64,000 nucleotides of DNA, taken from IMG/VR virus record IMGVR_UViG_3300021959_007960, positions 32,001 to 96,000 of that record. The stretch is one strand, 5' to 3'. The position numbers and the translations under genes were made by a program. The DNA comes from a virus. Numbering within the stretch: position 1 is the first letter of the stretch; each line of letters begins with the position of its first letter. The notes beneath the pieces are model-generated. The model saw nothing but the letters and a program-made list of their open reading frames with translations, made no database searches and was not told where the DNA came from. Shown here in pieces: positions 9,071-20,800 of this stretch.

Positions 9071-12000
9071 ATGGCTAATAAATTTTATAATTACAGAGTT
9101 AGAGCAGCACAAACAGCAGCTGCTAACCCTATGCCGCAAGGAGGTACTGGATATTTAGACTTTACCAATACGGGAAGTTATAACCAGTTTGACTCTGTGG
9201 TTAATATCTCTGCTGGCTCGGAAGAAAGATTTGTATATAGAATTACAGCTGCCAGTGAAGCTAGTAAGTATGAATATGGTATAGGATATATTACAAGTGT
9301 TTCTAGCGACTTAAGGCTTACAAGAGAAAAAACATATAGTTCTAGTCAATCTGATAACTCTAGAGTAGCATGGGCCACGGTCGATGGAGCCTTAACTTTA
9401 GACATGATGGTTCCTAACCCTAATTATGTTAGTCGTAAAAGACTTAGTTTCGGAACCTCTGCAACACACAACATACCTAATCTTACCACAACATATCTGT
9501 TAACTGCTTCAGGTAATATGACTTTAAATTTGCCACTAATTGAGAGTAATACAGATTCTGTAGCAATTGACCTAATGATTACTGATTTAAGCGGCAGTCA
9601 GAACTCAAGATCTAATGCAGTTACGCTAGATGCTAGTGGATCAAATACTATTAATAGTACAGGAACGTATGTCCTGACCAAAAAGAATGATCTTGTTAAA
9701 CTTATTTCTGATACTGATAATACTAATTGGATAGTACTAGATCCTGAAAATGATACTGCTGGGTCAGATGGATCAGACGGTGCTGTACAACTTGCTAGTG
9801 GTGGCTCTTTAAGTAGTGATACAGGTTTATTTTTCAAAGATAATGCTTTGTTTATAGGGGGTTCTGGAACATCTGATGCTTCTATACAACTAACAGAATC
9901 AAATGGCGCTACTTTCAACCTACAAAGCGGATCAATAGATTTTGCCGTACATTCTAATGGGGCTGCTAATACTCTGTTTGTTGATGGTTCTACTAACAGG
10001 GTAGGTTTAAGAACAAATTCTCCATTAGATATTTTACATGTAAACACTACAGGTGTTGGTGGAATTATGGTTAGCAATACTGGATCTGGTGGTGTTCCAG
10101 TTGCTACATTCAAAAATAGTGATACTAATTCTACTGATGGCACTGATGTAGGTAGAATAGATTTTATTGGAATAGACAGTGCTTCTAATGATACAACATA
10201 TGTAAGAATTTTAGCAGAAGTAGCTGATGAAACTAATGCCTCAGAAGAAGGACAGTTAGACTTTTTAGTTAACCATAATGGGACCTTGCAACCCGTTGCT
10301 AAATTAACATATGACGATTTAAATATAGGTACTAATAATAGTGTTTCAGGAGGGTTAGTAGTTGGAAGTAGTAATACTAATAAGGGTGAAAATGTAGTTA
10401 TAGGTTTTTCCAATACTAATTGTGGAAATACTAGTATTGCTGTAGGTCATTCTAATACTATTACTAGTGGTAGTTATGGCGGTGCTTTTGGTAAAAATCA
10501 CACTGTAACAGGATCTCATATGTGGTTGTTCGGAGGTTCTGGATTTGATGTTACAGGGAATAACACAACATATTTGGTAGGCAATAGTAATAATTATATT
10601 AAAGTAAAACATGATGATCAAGAAAGAATATGTATTTATGTAGATACTACAGGTACAGATTTTAATATTATTAATAGTAGGGTTTCAACCACAGGTGTTG
10701 AACATAAACAAAATTTTGTATTTAATAATAGTGATGGGGTTTCTAAAACTGGCGTATCTTATGGTATTGAGGTTACCAATCCTGCTAGTGGATCTGAAAG
10801 TACTAAATTCTTTATCCAAACTTTAGAGACCGGTGTGTTAACAGATGTTTTAAGGGTTAGCCCTAATAATGTTAATATTTCTAATGTCTCTGGTTTTGAT
10901 AATTCTGTATTAGTTGGTAATAGTTTAACTATTACTGGAACAGGCAATAATACTGTTGTGGTAGGTATGTCTAATACATTGACCGCTAATAGTGGTAATA
11001 ATGTAGTAGTAGGATATAATAATGAGCTTAGTGCTTCGGGCAATAATAATACGGCCTTATTGGGTAATTCTAATACTGTAGATGAAAATTATACTAGTAC
11101 TGTTGGAACTTCTAATAGAAATAGTGGACTTTATTCTGCTGTTATAGGTTATAATAATGGTATCTATGGAGAAAACATTGGAGCCGTTGGAGTTAATAAT
11201 TCTGTATCTGGTAATAACTCTAGTGTTCTGGGTTATAACAACAATATAGATCATAATAGTGTTTATGTTGTTGGTCAAGGTAATACAGCAGCTTATTCTG
11301 GTGTTACTCTTATAGGTAACAATATTACTGCAACAGGTAGTAATCATACTATTATTAAAAATGATGTTGTTATTATTACGGGAACTACTGTAAGGTTTGA
11401 TGCTAATGTTGAAATTGGAAATAATACAGCAATAAGTAGTGGTGATAATATTAGTGTTCTTACAAATGACGCTGGATATATTACTGGAGAAGCATATGTT
11501 ACTGGTATTACTTATACTACAGGATTAACTTCTGGTCTTCTTGTGCTGTCTCATCACAGTGGCACAACCACAGGCGTATTAACAAACGTAATGCATTCTG
11601 GCACAAAGATTAGTTTTCTTACTAATGATAGTAATTATGTGGCTAGCGGATCTAATGTTAGTCAGCTAACTAATGACTCAAACTATATTGATTCTAGTGG
11701 TTTTGCCGTACCGAAACTAACCTTTACAGTAACTTATGATGGCTTAAATAATAGATATACTGTAAGTGGTGCTGGTACAACAGGTCAAATCAATCCTGAT
11801 TTGTATTTGCACAGAGGAGTCTCTTATGACTTTAAGCATGTTGGTGCAGCTGGTGGAATAACCATAATGACAGGAGCTGGAGGTTTGGGTAATTATGCGC
11901 CTTATAATTTGGGCGTTACAAACAATACTGGCGAAATAGGGGGAACTACTTCGTGGACAGTAAGACATGATACTCCTATTGTTCATGATAGTGGTACAGG

Positions 12001-12100
12001 TCTGTGGAATGTCCCTTCTGCTGCAAATAGTGTTTACATTACTGGTAGATACTTAAATTCAGGTACTCCATCTCAAGGTGGTAATATATTTGTTGTCTAG
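9071..12100 (+). CDS. Tail fibre / receptor-binding protein with YadA-head-like beta-roll repeats
   Basis: N-terminal virion-attachment-like segment (YEYGIGY..LTRE..SSS). About 14-residue N-x-x-V-V-G-x-x-N repeats. Thr/Gly/Asn/Ser-rich. Repeated ISxLTND motifs. Confidence 0.75.
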   Translation: MANKFYNYRVRAAQTAAANPMPQGGTGYLDFTNTGSYNQFDSVVNISAGSEERFVYRITAASEASKYEYGIGYITSVSSDLRLTREKTYSSSQSDNSRVAWATVDGALTLDMMVPNPNYVSRKRLSFGTSATHNIPNLTTTYLLTASGNMTLNLPLIESNTDSVAIDLMITDLSGSQNSRSNAVTLDASGSNTINSTGTYVLTKKNDLVKLISDTDNTNWIVLDPENDTAGSDGSDGAVQLASGGSLSSDTGLFFKDNALFIGGSGTSDASIQLTESNGATFNLQSGSIDFAVHSNGAANTLFVDGSTNRVGLRTNSPLDILHVNTTGVGGIMVSNTGSGGVPVATFKNSDTNSTDGTDVGRIDFIGIDSASNDTTYVRILAEVADETNASEEGQLDFLVNHNGTLQPVAKLTYDDLNIGTNNSVSGGLVVGSSNTNKGENVVIGFSNTNCGNTSIAVGHSNTITSGSYGGAFGKNHTVTGSHMWLFGGSGFDVTGNNTTYLVGNSNNYIKVKHDDQERICIYVDTTGTDFNIINSRVSTTGVEHKQNFVFNNSDGVSKTGVSYGIEVTNPASGSESTKFFIQTLETGVLTDVLRVSPNNVNISNVSGFDNSVLVGNSLTITGTGNNTVVVGMSNTLTANSGNNVVVGYNNELSASGNNNTALLGNSNTVDENYTSTVGTSNRNSGLYSAVIGYNNGIYGENIGAVGVNNSVSGNNSSVLGYNNNIDHNSVYVVGQGNTAAYSGVTLIGNNITATGSNHTIIKNDVVIITGTTVRFDANVEIGNNTAISSGDNISVLTNDAGYITGEAYVTGITYTTGLTSGLLVLSHHSGTTTGVLTNVMHSGTKISFLTNDSNYVASGSNVSQLTNDSNYIDSSGFAVPKLTFTVTYDGLNNRYTVSGAGTTGQINPDLYLHRGVSYDFKHVGAAGGITIMTGAGGLGNYAPYNLGVTNNTGEIGGTTSWTVRHDTPIVHDSGTGLWNVPSAANSVYITGRYLNSGTPSQGGNIFVV

Positions 12101-12112
12101 AAGGAATTTTAA

Positions 12113-13495
12113 ATGGCTGTTACAGCACAGGGATTAACTTTATACAGACCTACTGCTTCAGTACAAAGAGAATATAGTTATGATTCTGATGGAGAAACTA
12201 TCGGGGTCACAGACAATGTAACTATTCATGATACTGTGCTGTCTGAAGATGCAGATTTAGTACAGACAGCAGATCAGATTATCGCATATGTCAAAGAAGG
12301 TAGTAATAACTTTAGATCTTTAGTATATGGTGCAAATACAGCACAGGGTAGAGTTGCGAGCATTTCTTTTGATTCTAGTTCAGACTATACCAACGTATTG
12401 AAATATTCAATTACTTTTAAAGTCGTTCCTATTAACGCTAGTTTAATATCTAGTTGGAATTTTTCTCCTAGTGATGGTGTTACAGATTTAAGCTATAGAG
12501 AAAGCCTTGATATTCCAAAAGACATAAATTTGATTAGCTTGCAATCAGGAGGAAGTTATTGGAATAATTATAACACATATACTTTTGAAGCATCTGTATC
12601 ATGTCAACAAGTAAATAGTAACACTAATTCGCAAGACCTAGCAAAAGCAGCTTTAAACCAAATCAAAGCTATTATTCCTGACAGGATAGCAAAACTTATA
12701 GATACAGAAGGAACAAAAAATTATCTTAATATTTCAGAAAATTCATCTAAAGAAGGCACTGCTAGCATAAATATTTCTGCTGCGATTGTACCGGATGGAT
12801 CAAGTAGTGGTACTACTATTATTAGTAGTGAAGAACAGGGAATAGAAAAGATTAATACTCCACAAGAATATGAAAAACTTACTTACAAAGTAACATTTAA
12901 AACATTAGAAAATATGAGTATTGATCCTCTTGGTGGTATTGCTGTTGAAAGTACAAGAAGTGCGGCTGAAAGTCTAGCTCAAGGAGTAGTGAATTATTAT
13001 AATGGACCTCTTACGCCCTCTAGTACTCCTCCTGGAAAAACTATTGTTTGTGTAACAGCTTTGCCTAAGCTACCTGCGGGCAGTTGTTTTAATGTTACAT
13101 CAGCAGGTGTAGATGTTGATCATGCTGGAAAAACTGCTACAGCCGTTATAGAATCTAGTACAGAACCTCAAAATTGTGATGGAGATGGATATAAAGTAGA
13201 ACATAGAACTAATCATATAAAAAATAAAAAATTACATGTTGAATTATTTGGATGGGGTGTTCCAAACACTATTGTTCAAGACCTTCAAAGTAAATCAGCA
13301 GATGTTAAAGAGTATAATGTTCAAGTAAGTAGTGCGTCCAAATGCTTAACAAGTGAGCTTAAAACAAAAGCAGAAACTAAATTTAATGAGATTAAAGATG
13401 GTAGTGGTACTATTATTAAACATAATATAGTAGTTAGTAATGGTAGATGCACCATTACTGCGACAGAATTTTTAGGACAACCAGATACATTATAA
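12113..13495 (+). CDS. Putative virion tail/baseplate protein (paralog A)
   Basis: 460 aa, beta-rich, RBS aagga, tail operon context, shares a Cys pattern with the next gene. Confidence 0.55.
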   Translation: MAVTAQGLTLYRPTASVQREYSYDSDGETIGVTDNVTIHDTVLSEDADLVQTADQIIAYVKEGSNNFRSLVYGANTAQGRVASISFDSSSDYTNVLKYSITFKVVPINASLISSWNFSPSDGVTDLSYRESLDIPKDINLISLQSGGSYWNNYNTYTFEASVSCQQVNSNTNSQDLAKAALNQIKAIIPDRIAKLIDTEGTKNYLNISENSSKEGTASINISAAIVPDGSSSGTTIISSEEQGIEKINTPQEYEKLTYKVTFKTLENMSIDPLGGIAVESTRSAAESLAQGVVNYYNGPLTPSSTPPGKTIVCVTALPKLPAGSCFNVTSAGVDVDHAGKTATAVIESSTEPQNCDGDGYKVEHRTNHIKNKKLHVELFGWGVPNTIVQDLQSKSADVKEYNVQVSSASKCLTSELKTKAETKFNEIKDGSGTIIKHNIVVSNGRCTITATEFLGQPDTL

Positions 13496-13507
13496 GGAGA
13501 AAATGTT

Positions 13508-14854
13508 ATGCTATCTATTGGTATTGGATTAAAACCCGCACCTGACTTTAATATTGAACCAGAATTTTTCTATGCTGGTCAAGACGTTATTGGTGGTGTT
13601 ATAAAGTTAACATTAAGTGGTACTCATTATGCAGACAGTGTGACTACATATGAAACTATGAGCGATACTATTCTTTCTCTTAATGGTGTTTGTCGTACCC
13701 TACAAAGCTTAGGCACTTGTGGAGGAACTTTAGGTGAGTTAGTAGGAAGTGTAGGTTTTATAGAGTCTGCTTCAACATCTGATACTGATTCTCCTTTAAA
13801 TCTTGGGTATACTATTGTTATGGTTTTTACTCATAGCAGTAGTGGTCGAACTCCTTTTATAGAGCCAAGTAGTGCTTATACAGGTATGCAAGGCAATTTA
13901 ATATTAACTAATTATTCTAAATCAGAATCTTTAGACGCAAGTTCTTTATCTACTTTTGTTTTTCAAAGCAGCGGTAAATTATTGGCTACTCAAGGAGAAT
14001 ATAATGTAGAATGTTCTGTTGGTGTTTATGCTAGTGATAGGTGTGATAGTGGTGGTGCAACAAACAAAAAACAAAATATCAAGACATTTTTAGATTCTCA
14101 AACAGGTTTCGATAGAAATTTTAAGATTCCAAGTGGATTTACTAGATTTTTAATTAATGAGAAAGTTTCTATTGGTGAAAATGGTGGTTCTATAAGTAAA
14201 AAATATATTATAGCTCCCTCTAACAGTGTTGCTGTAGTAACGCTTAATAGATCTAACAGGACAGATCAGATTACCGGTATAGCTAAATTAAATATTCAAG
14301 GAAATATTACAGGATTAAGATCTTTTGCTGATGCTCAAACGGTGTATAGTAAAATATCTAATATTGACAGTGTAGCTACACAGGATTTATTAAGTAGTAC
14401 TTGTGGAGATAACACCCCTTTACCTTTGGATTTATGTAGAATACTATCGTCTTCAAAAAGAATAGACAATCAAGCTCAAAGAAGTATTGCTTTTGATTTT
14501 ACTTATTCTGATGTAGAAAAGTGTGTGGCTCAAGGATATCAAATTGTTACAGAATATTCAGAAAATAAAGATGTTCATAAAATTGCAGAATATCTTGTTC
14601 CAGGAAAAATTGATTCTATTGTTTTTAAAAGTGCTGGTAAAACAGCTAGGAAAATGAAATTAAAAGTTACTGGAAGAATTACAAGTTGTAACGAAGATTT
14701 TGTAAGTACGGTTGAGGGTGGAGTAAGAACAGAGTTTAACACACAAAAAAATGATTTAGGGTTACTTGGTGGTAACGTAATTAGAATATCAGAAGGTGAA
14801 GAAACGGGCAGATATAGTTTTAGCAAAACAGAGGAATATATAGAGTGTGCATGA
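13508..14854 (+). CDS. Putative virion tail/baseplate protein (paralog B)
   Basis: 448 aa, RBS aaggag, C-terminal half aligns by eye with 12113..13495. Confidence 0.55.
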   Translation: MLSIGIGLKPAPDFNIEPEFFYAGQDVIGGVIKLTLSGTHYADSVTTYETMSDTILSLNGVCRTLQSLGTCGGTLGELVGSVGFIESASTSDTDSPLNLGYTIVMVFTHSSSGRTPFIEPSSAYTGMQGNLILTNYSKSESLDASSLSTFVFQSSGKLLATQGEYNVECSVGVYASDRCDSGGATNKKQNIKTFLDSQTGFDRNFKIPSGFTRFLINEKVSIGENGGSISKKYIIAPSNSVAVVTLNRSNRTDQITGIAKLNIQGNITGLRSFADAQTVYSKISNIDSVATQDLLSSTCGDNTPLPLDLCRILSSSKRIDNQAQRSIAFDFTYSDVEKCVAQGYQIVTEYSENKDVHKIAEYLVPGKIDSIVFKSAGKTARKMKLKVTGRITSCNEDFVSTVEGGVRTEFNTQKNDLGLLGGNVIRISEGEETGRYSFSKTEEYIECA

Positions 14855-17800
14855 AATGAAAAAGGATAATAAAAATAAAGAACTATATAACAAAATTTTA
14901 AATTCTGAATCTAATGAAGAATTAGATAAGATTAAAATTACTGTTAATGCGTACCAAGATGGAAATGTTTGTTTCGATGAATATGCTGACTTTGGAACGC
15001 TTGAGCTGCCAGTGGTCGAGAACGAACAAAATCCTACTGATGGCAGTCCTTATACACAGTTTTTTGCAGGTGCTATTGATGGTCCTCGGGCGTTAACTGT
15101 TAGTTTACCTGGTTGGGTTACTATGAGTTTGAGTGAGATTACTGATTGGGACTATGTTTATGATGTTTACCTAAATACACAGGTTCCATCCTTTGAAAGC
15201 GCTCCTGCTTTACCTGGAAGCACTTCTTATAGAAAAATAGTACATAGTGGCAACTGGTCACTATCTCCTGGTACGTGCGTGGGATATGTATTGTTTAGTG
15301 TTGATGATGCAAATGAACCTCCTGGTCATAGTGTTACTTTTAGTAATTATCCTATTTGTATAGATGAAGAGACAACAGAAGCTCTTGTAGGGTGTATTGA
15401 TGTTTTGGATGATCCCGATACGCTAAATAAAGAACTGAGATATATAACAAACGTTACTGTTGCAGGAGAACATGCGGCATACTTTAGCATAAGTAATTTT
15501 ACTCCGGGTTATACTGACGACGGAGTAAGGTTCTGTTTAAGACTAAACAATATTCAAGGTGCAGTAGCAGCTGGTCTAACCACTTTAAATGTACAAACAG
15601 TTATTCATAATGGAATAGCCGACGAAGATTTTATAAAAGGCTGGGGTAATGATGGTCAGGATATTACTACTGTATATGGCACCGAGAATCATAGTATTGT
15701 ACTATCGTATGGTAATAGTATTCAGATTCCTGGGTTTTATCAGCAAGAATATGGTGTTGAGTCAGCCACTGAAATACCGTCTTTTACTATACCTAGTGGT
15801 TTAACCTTAAGTGGCACAGACATATTTGTAGGATATCGTGGTGGTTTTTGTACCCCTGTTGGTTGTGGTGCCGGGATAGCTGATGGTATAGGTGTCGAGC
15901 ATTCTTTATCAAACAATAATAGCTCAGATGATACCGTAGATTTACGATACAATAGCAAAGTAGGACCAGGAGAAGTTCCTATCGGTACACTTTTAGATGT
16001 CACCTCCCCACAATTCGTTTCAGGTTTGTCTTCATACAGTGGAACTGCTTATGTTGATGGCTTTTATACTAACTCATTCCAAGCCAGTACCGATCAGTGC
16101 TGTCCTTTAATAGATGGAGAGGTTATAACCAGGATTAATATATCAAATACTGCACTGAATCCTTATCACACAGGTATTGGTCCTAACATTCCTTTTACTG
16201 GTGGTATTAATAAAGTAGAAGGGTCATACTTTATATCTTTTGGTGAAACAGATGTGTTTTCTCATGATTCAGCAGGAACAAGATATATTGCTGCTATACC
16301 TAATGATACTGGTGTTGATTTTAACTCTAATGATAATTCGTTTTTTGTATATACTGTAGGGCAAACAGGATTAATTAAAGCAACACACCCTACACAAACA
16401 GGCATAGTAGAAGCAGCAGGATTTTCAAGATATTTAGCAATTAGATATAAAAATACTAGTGCTAATAAATTTTATAAATATGATATTTTTTCAACAGACT
16501 TTACAGAAGTTACAACGTCTCTTAGTAGTATAAAGAGAATTATAACAGTAAGAGATCAGTATAGCTCAAATAATAACAGAGGTAGGTTTTGGATATTAGG
16601 AACCGACGAATCAGTATTATACGATCCTATTAGCAACAATCAAACTAGTGTGGACCATAGGATGTTTACTGGAGTTTCTGGAATTCCTCATAATATTGAT
16701 GTGTTTAATATTCCTAATTTTGTTGACAAACAACCTGATTCTGAGATTGCGAATTGCCAACCTTATGATGATAGTAATATTCAACAATATGGTAATTTAA
16801 TTTTTCCTGTAAATACAGGTTATGGTCCAGCTTTAGATCATTTTCCTGTTCAATTAGATATCAGGAATGCTCAACTAGTAGCAAAAACCGAAAGTGTAGT
16901 CGGTATTAGCCCAATTCAAGCAGGGATAAGTTTTTTTTCTGGCATATCCTTAAATGGCTATCGTCTTGATTCTCATCTAAACTACAGAGCAGATTTAGCT
17001 CTAGTTCAACACGCGTTAGTAGCTTCTGTATTTAACACCGGTACTAATCATAGTGAGCTTTTGGCTTTTAATTTAGATTTTCCTATAGGATTATCTGGCA
17101 GTATCGTTGATTCTTATGCAACTCCACATCTTATTAGTAGATATGCTCCAACAAGTGGCACGTATAACAGAGTTTGTAAAACAAGTAATGAGCTTATATT
17201 GTGGGCTCCAACAAGTACTGATAGGCCAGTAATTTTACTAGATGTTTATGGCAGATTAAATGATAATGACGATCCTGTTGTGCAAAAAGTTGTTACTGGC
17301 ATCAAAGAACCTATTAGTGTGGTTAAAAGCGCACATAGGCATGGAGAGCAGTTTAGAACATGTTTATTAAATGATGGTGGAAATACTGCATATACAATAA
17401 ATGATTATGATTATACTATTCAAAAACATACCTTTGTTAGTGGATTAACTATGGGTCATTATTCAGATATTGCTTTGGCTACTGGCAGTATGAACAATAG
17501 ATTAGAAAATTTTGTATTGATGCCTAGAACTACATATGAAACTAATACTATTAGTGGTAGTCTAGCTGTTTTATCTACAACCACTACTCCTTTAAGTAGT
17601 ATAAGTTTTGCAAATACTGGTATAGATGAAACTGTTATTAGCTTGGCTCCAAGTCAAGTTACTACAGGAGAAATTTTTATTGGTTCTATCACATTTACAG
17701 ATGACGAATTTGTTGGTACCAACACTTTTTCTGCTAATGAAGTTTTAGGAAGTGAGATATTTACAGTTAGTGGAGCTAATGTATATGTTAAATCTGGAAT

Positions 17801-20800
17801 AGCTCTTGATCACGAAACTACAACAGTCATGACCGGTGTAATTACTGGAGTAGACCCCTATATTGGGGGAGTGCCTTTTGTTGATACTTTCTTATTGACT
17901 ATTAATGATGTTAATGAACCTCCTACAGATATAACTTTAAACCCATCTAGCGGTAAAATTGCATCTAACTTTGATCTAGCAACACAAGATTACCCTGCTG
18001 CAACAATATCTTTGAGTGATGTTGATGACTCTCCGTTCGATAATAACGATATAGACATAGCAGCAGGAATTAATAAACAATATTTTAAGATTAGTGATGA
18101 TAAATTGTCTTTACTTGTAAAAGCCGGAAGTGTCTTACAGCCTAATACAGATTATACAGTAACAGTTCTTGCAAAAAGCACAGGAACTACAGAATATACA
18201 GCAGCAAAAAGCTTTACCTTAAATGTTGCTGGACATAGTCCTATTAGTTTAAATCTATTTAATACGACTGCTACAGTAAAAGAAAATATTCCTTCCAATC
18301 TCTTACCGACCTTGACTACTTTTGATTTAACAGATCCAGACGGAGGAACAGATAATGAGGTAATTATTACAGGTATTGACTCTACATTTTTTAATGTTTC
18401 TTATAATGCTGCGACTAACGCTGGCACTTTAAGTGTAGCTAGTGGTTATGTTTTTGACTATGAAACTAGGAATAGTTATACTGGATTTTTAGTAGGTAGA
18501 ATAATTGGTACTACTGCTCCTATTGTTAGAGGTGTTTTTACTCTTAATATTGAAGATGTGTTAGAGCCTAGCGGTATTATTTTTACGCCTTCTGCTAGAA
18601 CAATAAATGAAACTTCCTCTACAGTTGAAACATTTCTTAGTACTCTTACTATTCAAGATCAAGATAATTTTGCTGGAGATGATTTAGTTATTACCAATCT
18701 AGCTTTTACAACAGGTGGAGTTGTAGGAGATTTTCGTGGTGCATTAGATCCTTTTTGGGTTTTTGATAATAGTACAACTGATCCAGATTTAAAAGTATTA
18801 GCAGATAGAGCACTAGATTTTGAAACTCAAAACCAATATTTTATAGTAGCCTCTGGACATCCTAGTAGTAGTCCAGCAACTAAATTAGGAGGTCAATTTA
18901 CTTTAAGTATTAATGATATGGACGAAGCCCCTACTGTTAGCTTACAACCTACTGGGACATCTATTAATGAAACTACAGACACTAGTTTGGGTAGATTTAA
19001 AGTTGCTGATATTTACGTACAAGATGAAACACAGTCTGAAATACAACTAAGTCTTGCGGGTATTGATGGAAATAAGTTTACCATAGTTCCTTCTTCTGTT
19101 ATTACAGATAATCCTACTGAAAGCGTTCTTGTAGGATCATTATTTTTTAATAGTGGTGTTCAATTAGATTACAACACTAAGCCCTTTTACGATGCTGTTG
19201 TAGTAGCAAAAGATCTCGATGCGTTTAGTCCTACGAATGGCTTAGCTTTAAGTGGAACCGCTGATTTTAGACTTGCTATTAATGATGTCCCAACTTGTAC
19301 TATAAATGTAGAAGGTTCTTCTACGGATGTATTATGTCCATTAGATACAGATGGTAGTGTCTCATTAAATATAACTTATACTGGTGATGGGGCTAGTATT
19401 TGTTCTATAGATAAGCCTTTATCAGTGTCTTGGCAAAATCTTCCTACTGATGCGGATACCTCTGTTAATGGTTTTTTTGTTAATGGATTAGGCACTGGGA
19501 CATATACTGCTAATATTTTAGGTGGATCAATTCCTATTACATCAGTACAATATCAAGTTAATAGTCCTACACCTATGAGTATTACTCAAGTAGTTCTTAA
19601 CAATGAGCCTTGTGCATCAGAAGGTTCAATACACATAGGCTTTACTGGCGGGCAACCTCCTTATATTGTATCTTATGGAACTCAAAGTGTAATTCTTCCT
19701 TCTGGTTCTGGCTTTGTAGGTAAAATACCTGTGACTGTACAGAGTTCGGGAAATGTTTCCGTACGAGATGCTAATAATTGTTTGGCCAGTGGATCTAATT
19801 TCACATTTAATTTTCCTAATGCTAATCCTCAATATAATATCATTAGTAAAACCCCTCCTGCTATACACGATAGCTTTTTACAAGACTATAAGTTTACATT
19901 ATTATTTGGTGAAGGTCCTCATAGAATTAATATATATAGTAGCACAACAGGAGAAAAAGGTAATTTAATTACAAGTATAGACGAGTATGACACTACTGTA
20001 ATAGAGTCTCTAAAACAACCCGGTAGTGAAATTTTTGATAGCTCTGGCAATCAAATAGGCATACAACTATCTCAAGACTTGAATTCAAATCCTATAGAGT
20101 ATAGCTATGATATAGGTAGTCAAATATATCCTGGTTCATATGTTTTTGAATTTGTAAATCAAGATAATTGTACTTTTTTAACAGATGTACAAACCGCAGA
20201 AAATATAATCCCCCTTTCTGCTGAATTGATAACAGTTAATGATTTTCCTTTAGACATAGGCACACAAGTTTTATCTCAGCCAATACTAGATACATTATTT
20301 ATTCCTTATAGAATGTTAATTAGTGATAGTGAGGTATTAAGTTATATTTCTAATATTACAGAACGAAGCGATATACGATTGGAAATTGGTAATCAAATAT
20401 TTGATAGAAAAGCTATCTATGGAAGTGTTAATTGTGATACGCACAGTTTAGTTAATATTAAGTTTTTTGGTTTTAAAAATAATGAATGGTTCTTTACCAT
20501 ACCTTTTTATAAGGGTTTTGATATATCTGATACTAGCGAGGTGGATATCCTTAATGAAAATATATCATTGGTTATTTCAGACAGTAAAAAAATTAAAATA
20601 GATAAAGAATATAACAATAATGTTGGAACAATAAAATTATTAAAAGGGTCTGTCCTTACAACAGATTTAAATTTATCTCAATTTAAAAACGATAAAGACA
20701 TAACCTTAAGTCGTCTTTTGTCAGATGGTACTTTTGAAGAACTTGCTATGGCTACTGTAGGAGATAAGGTTTACCTACAAAATAAACATATAGCAGGTAG

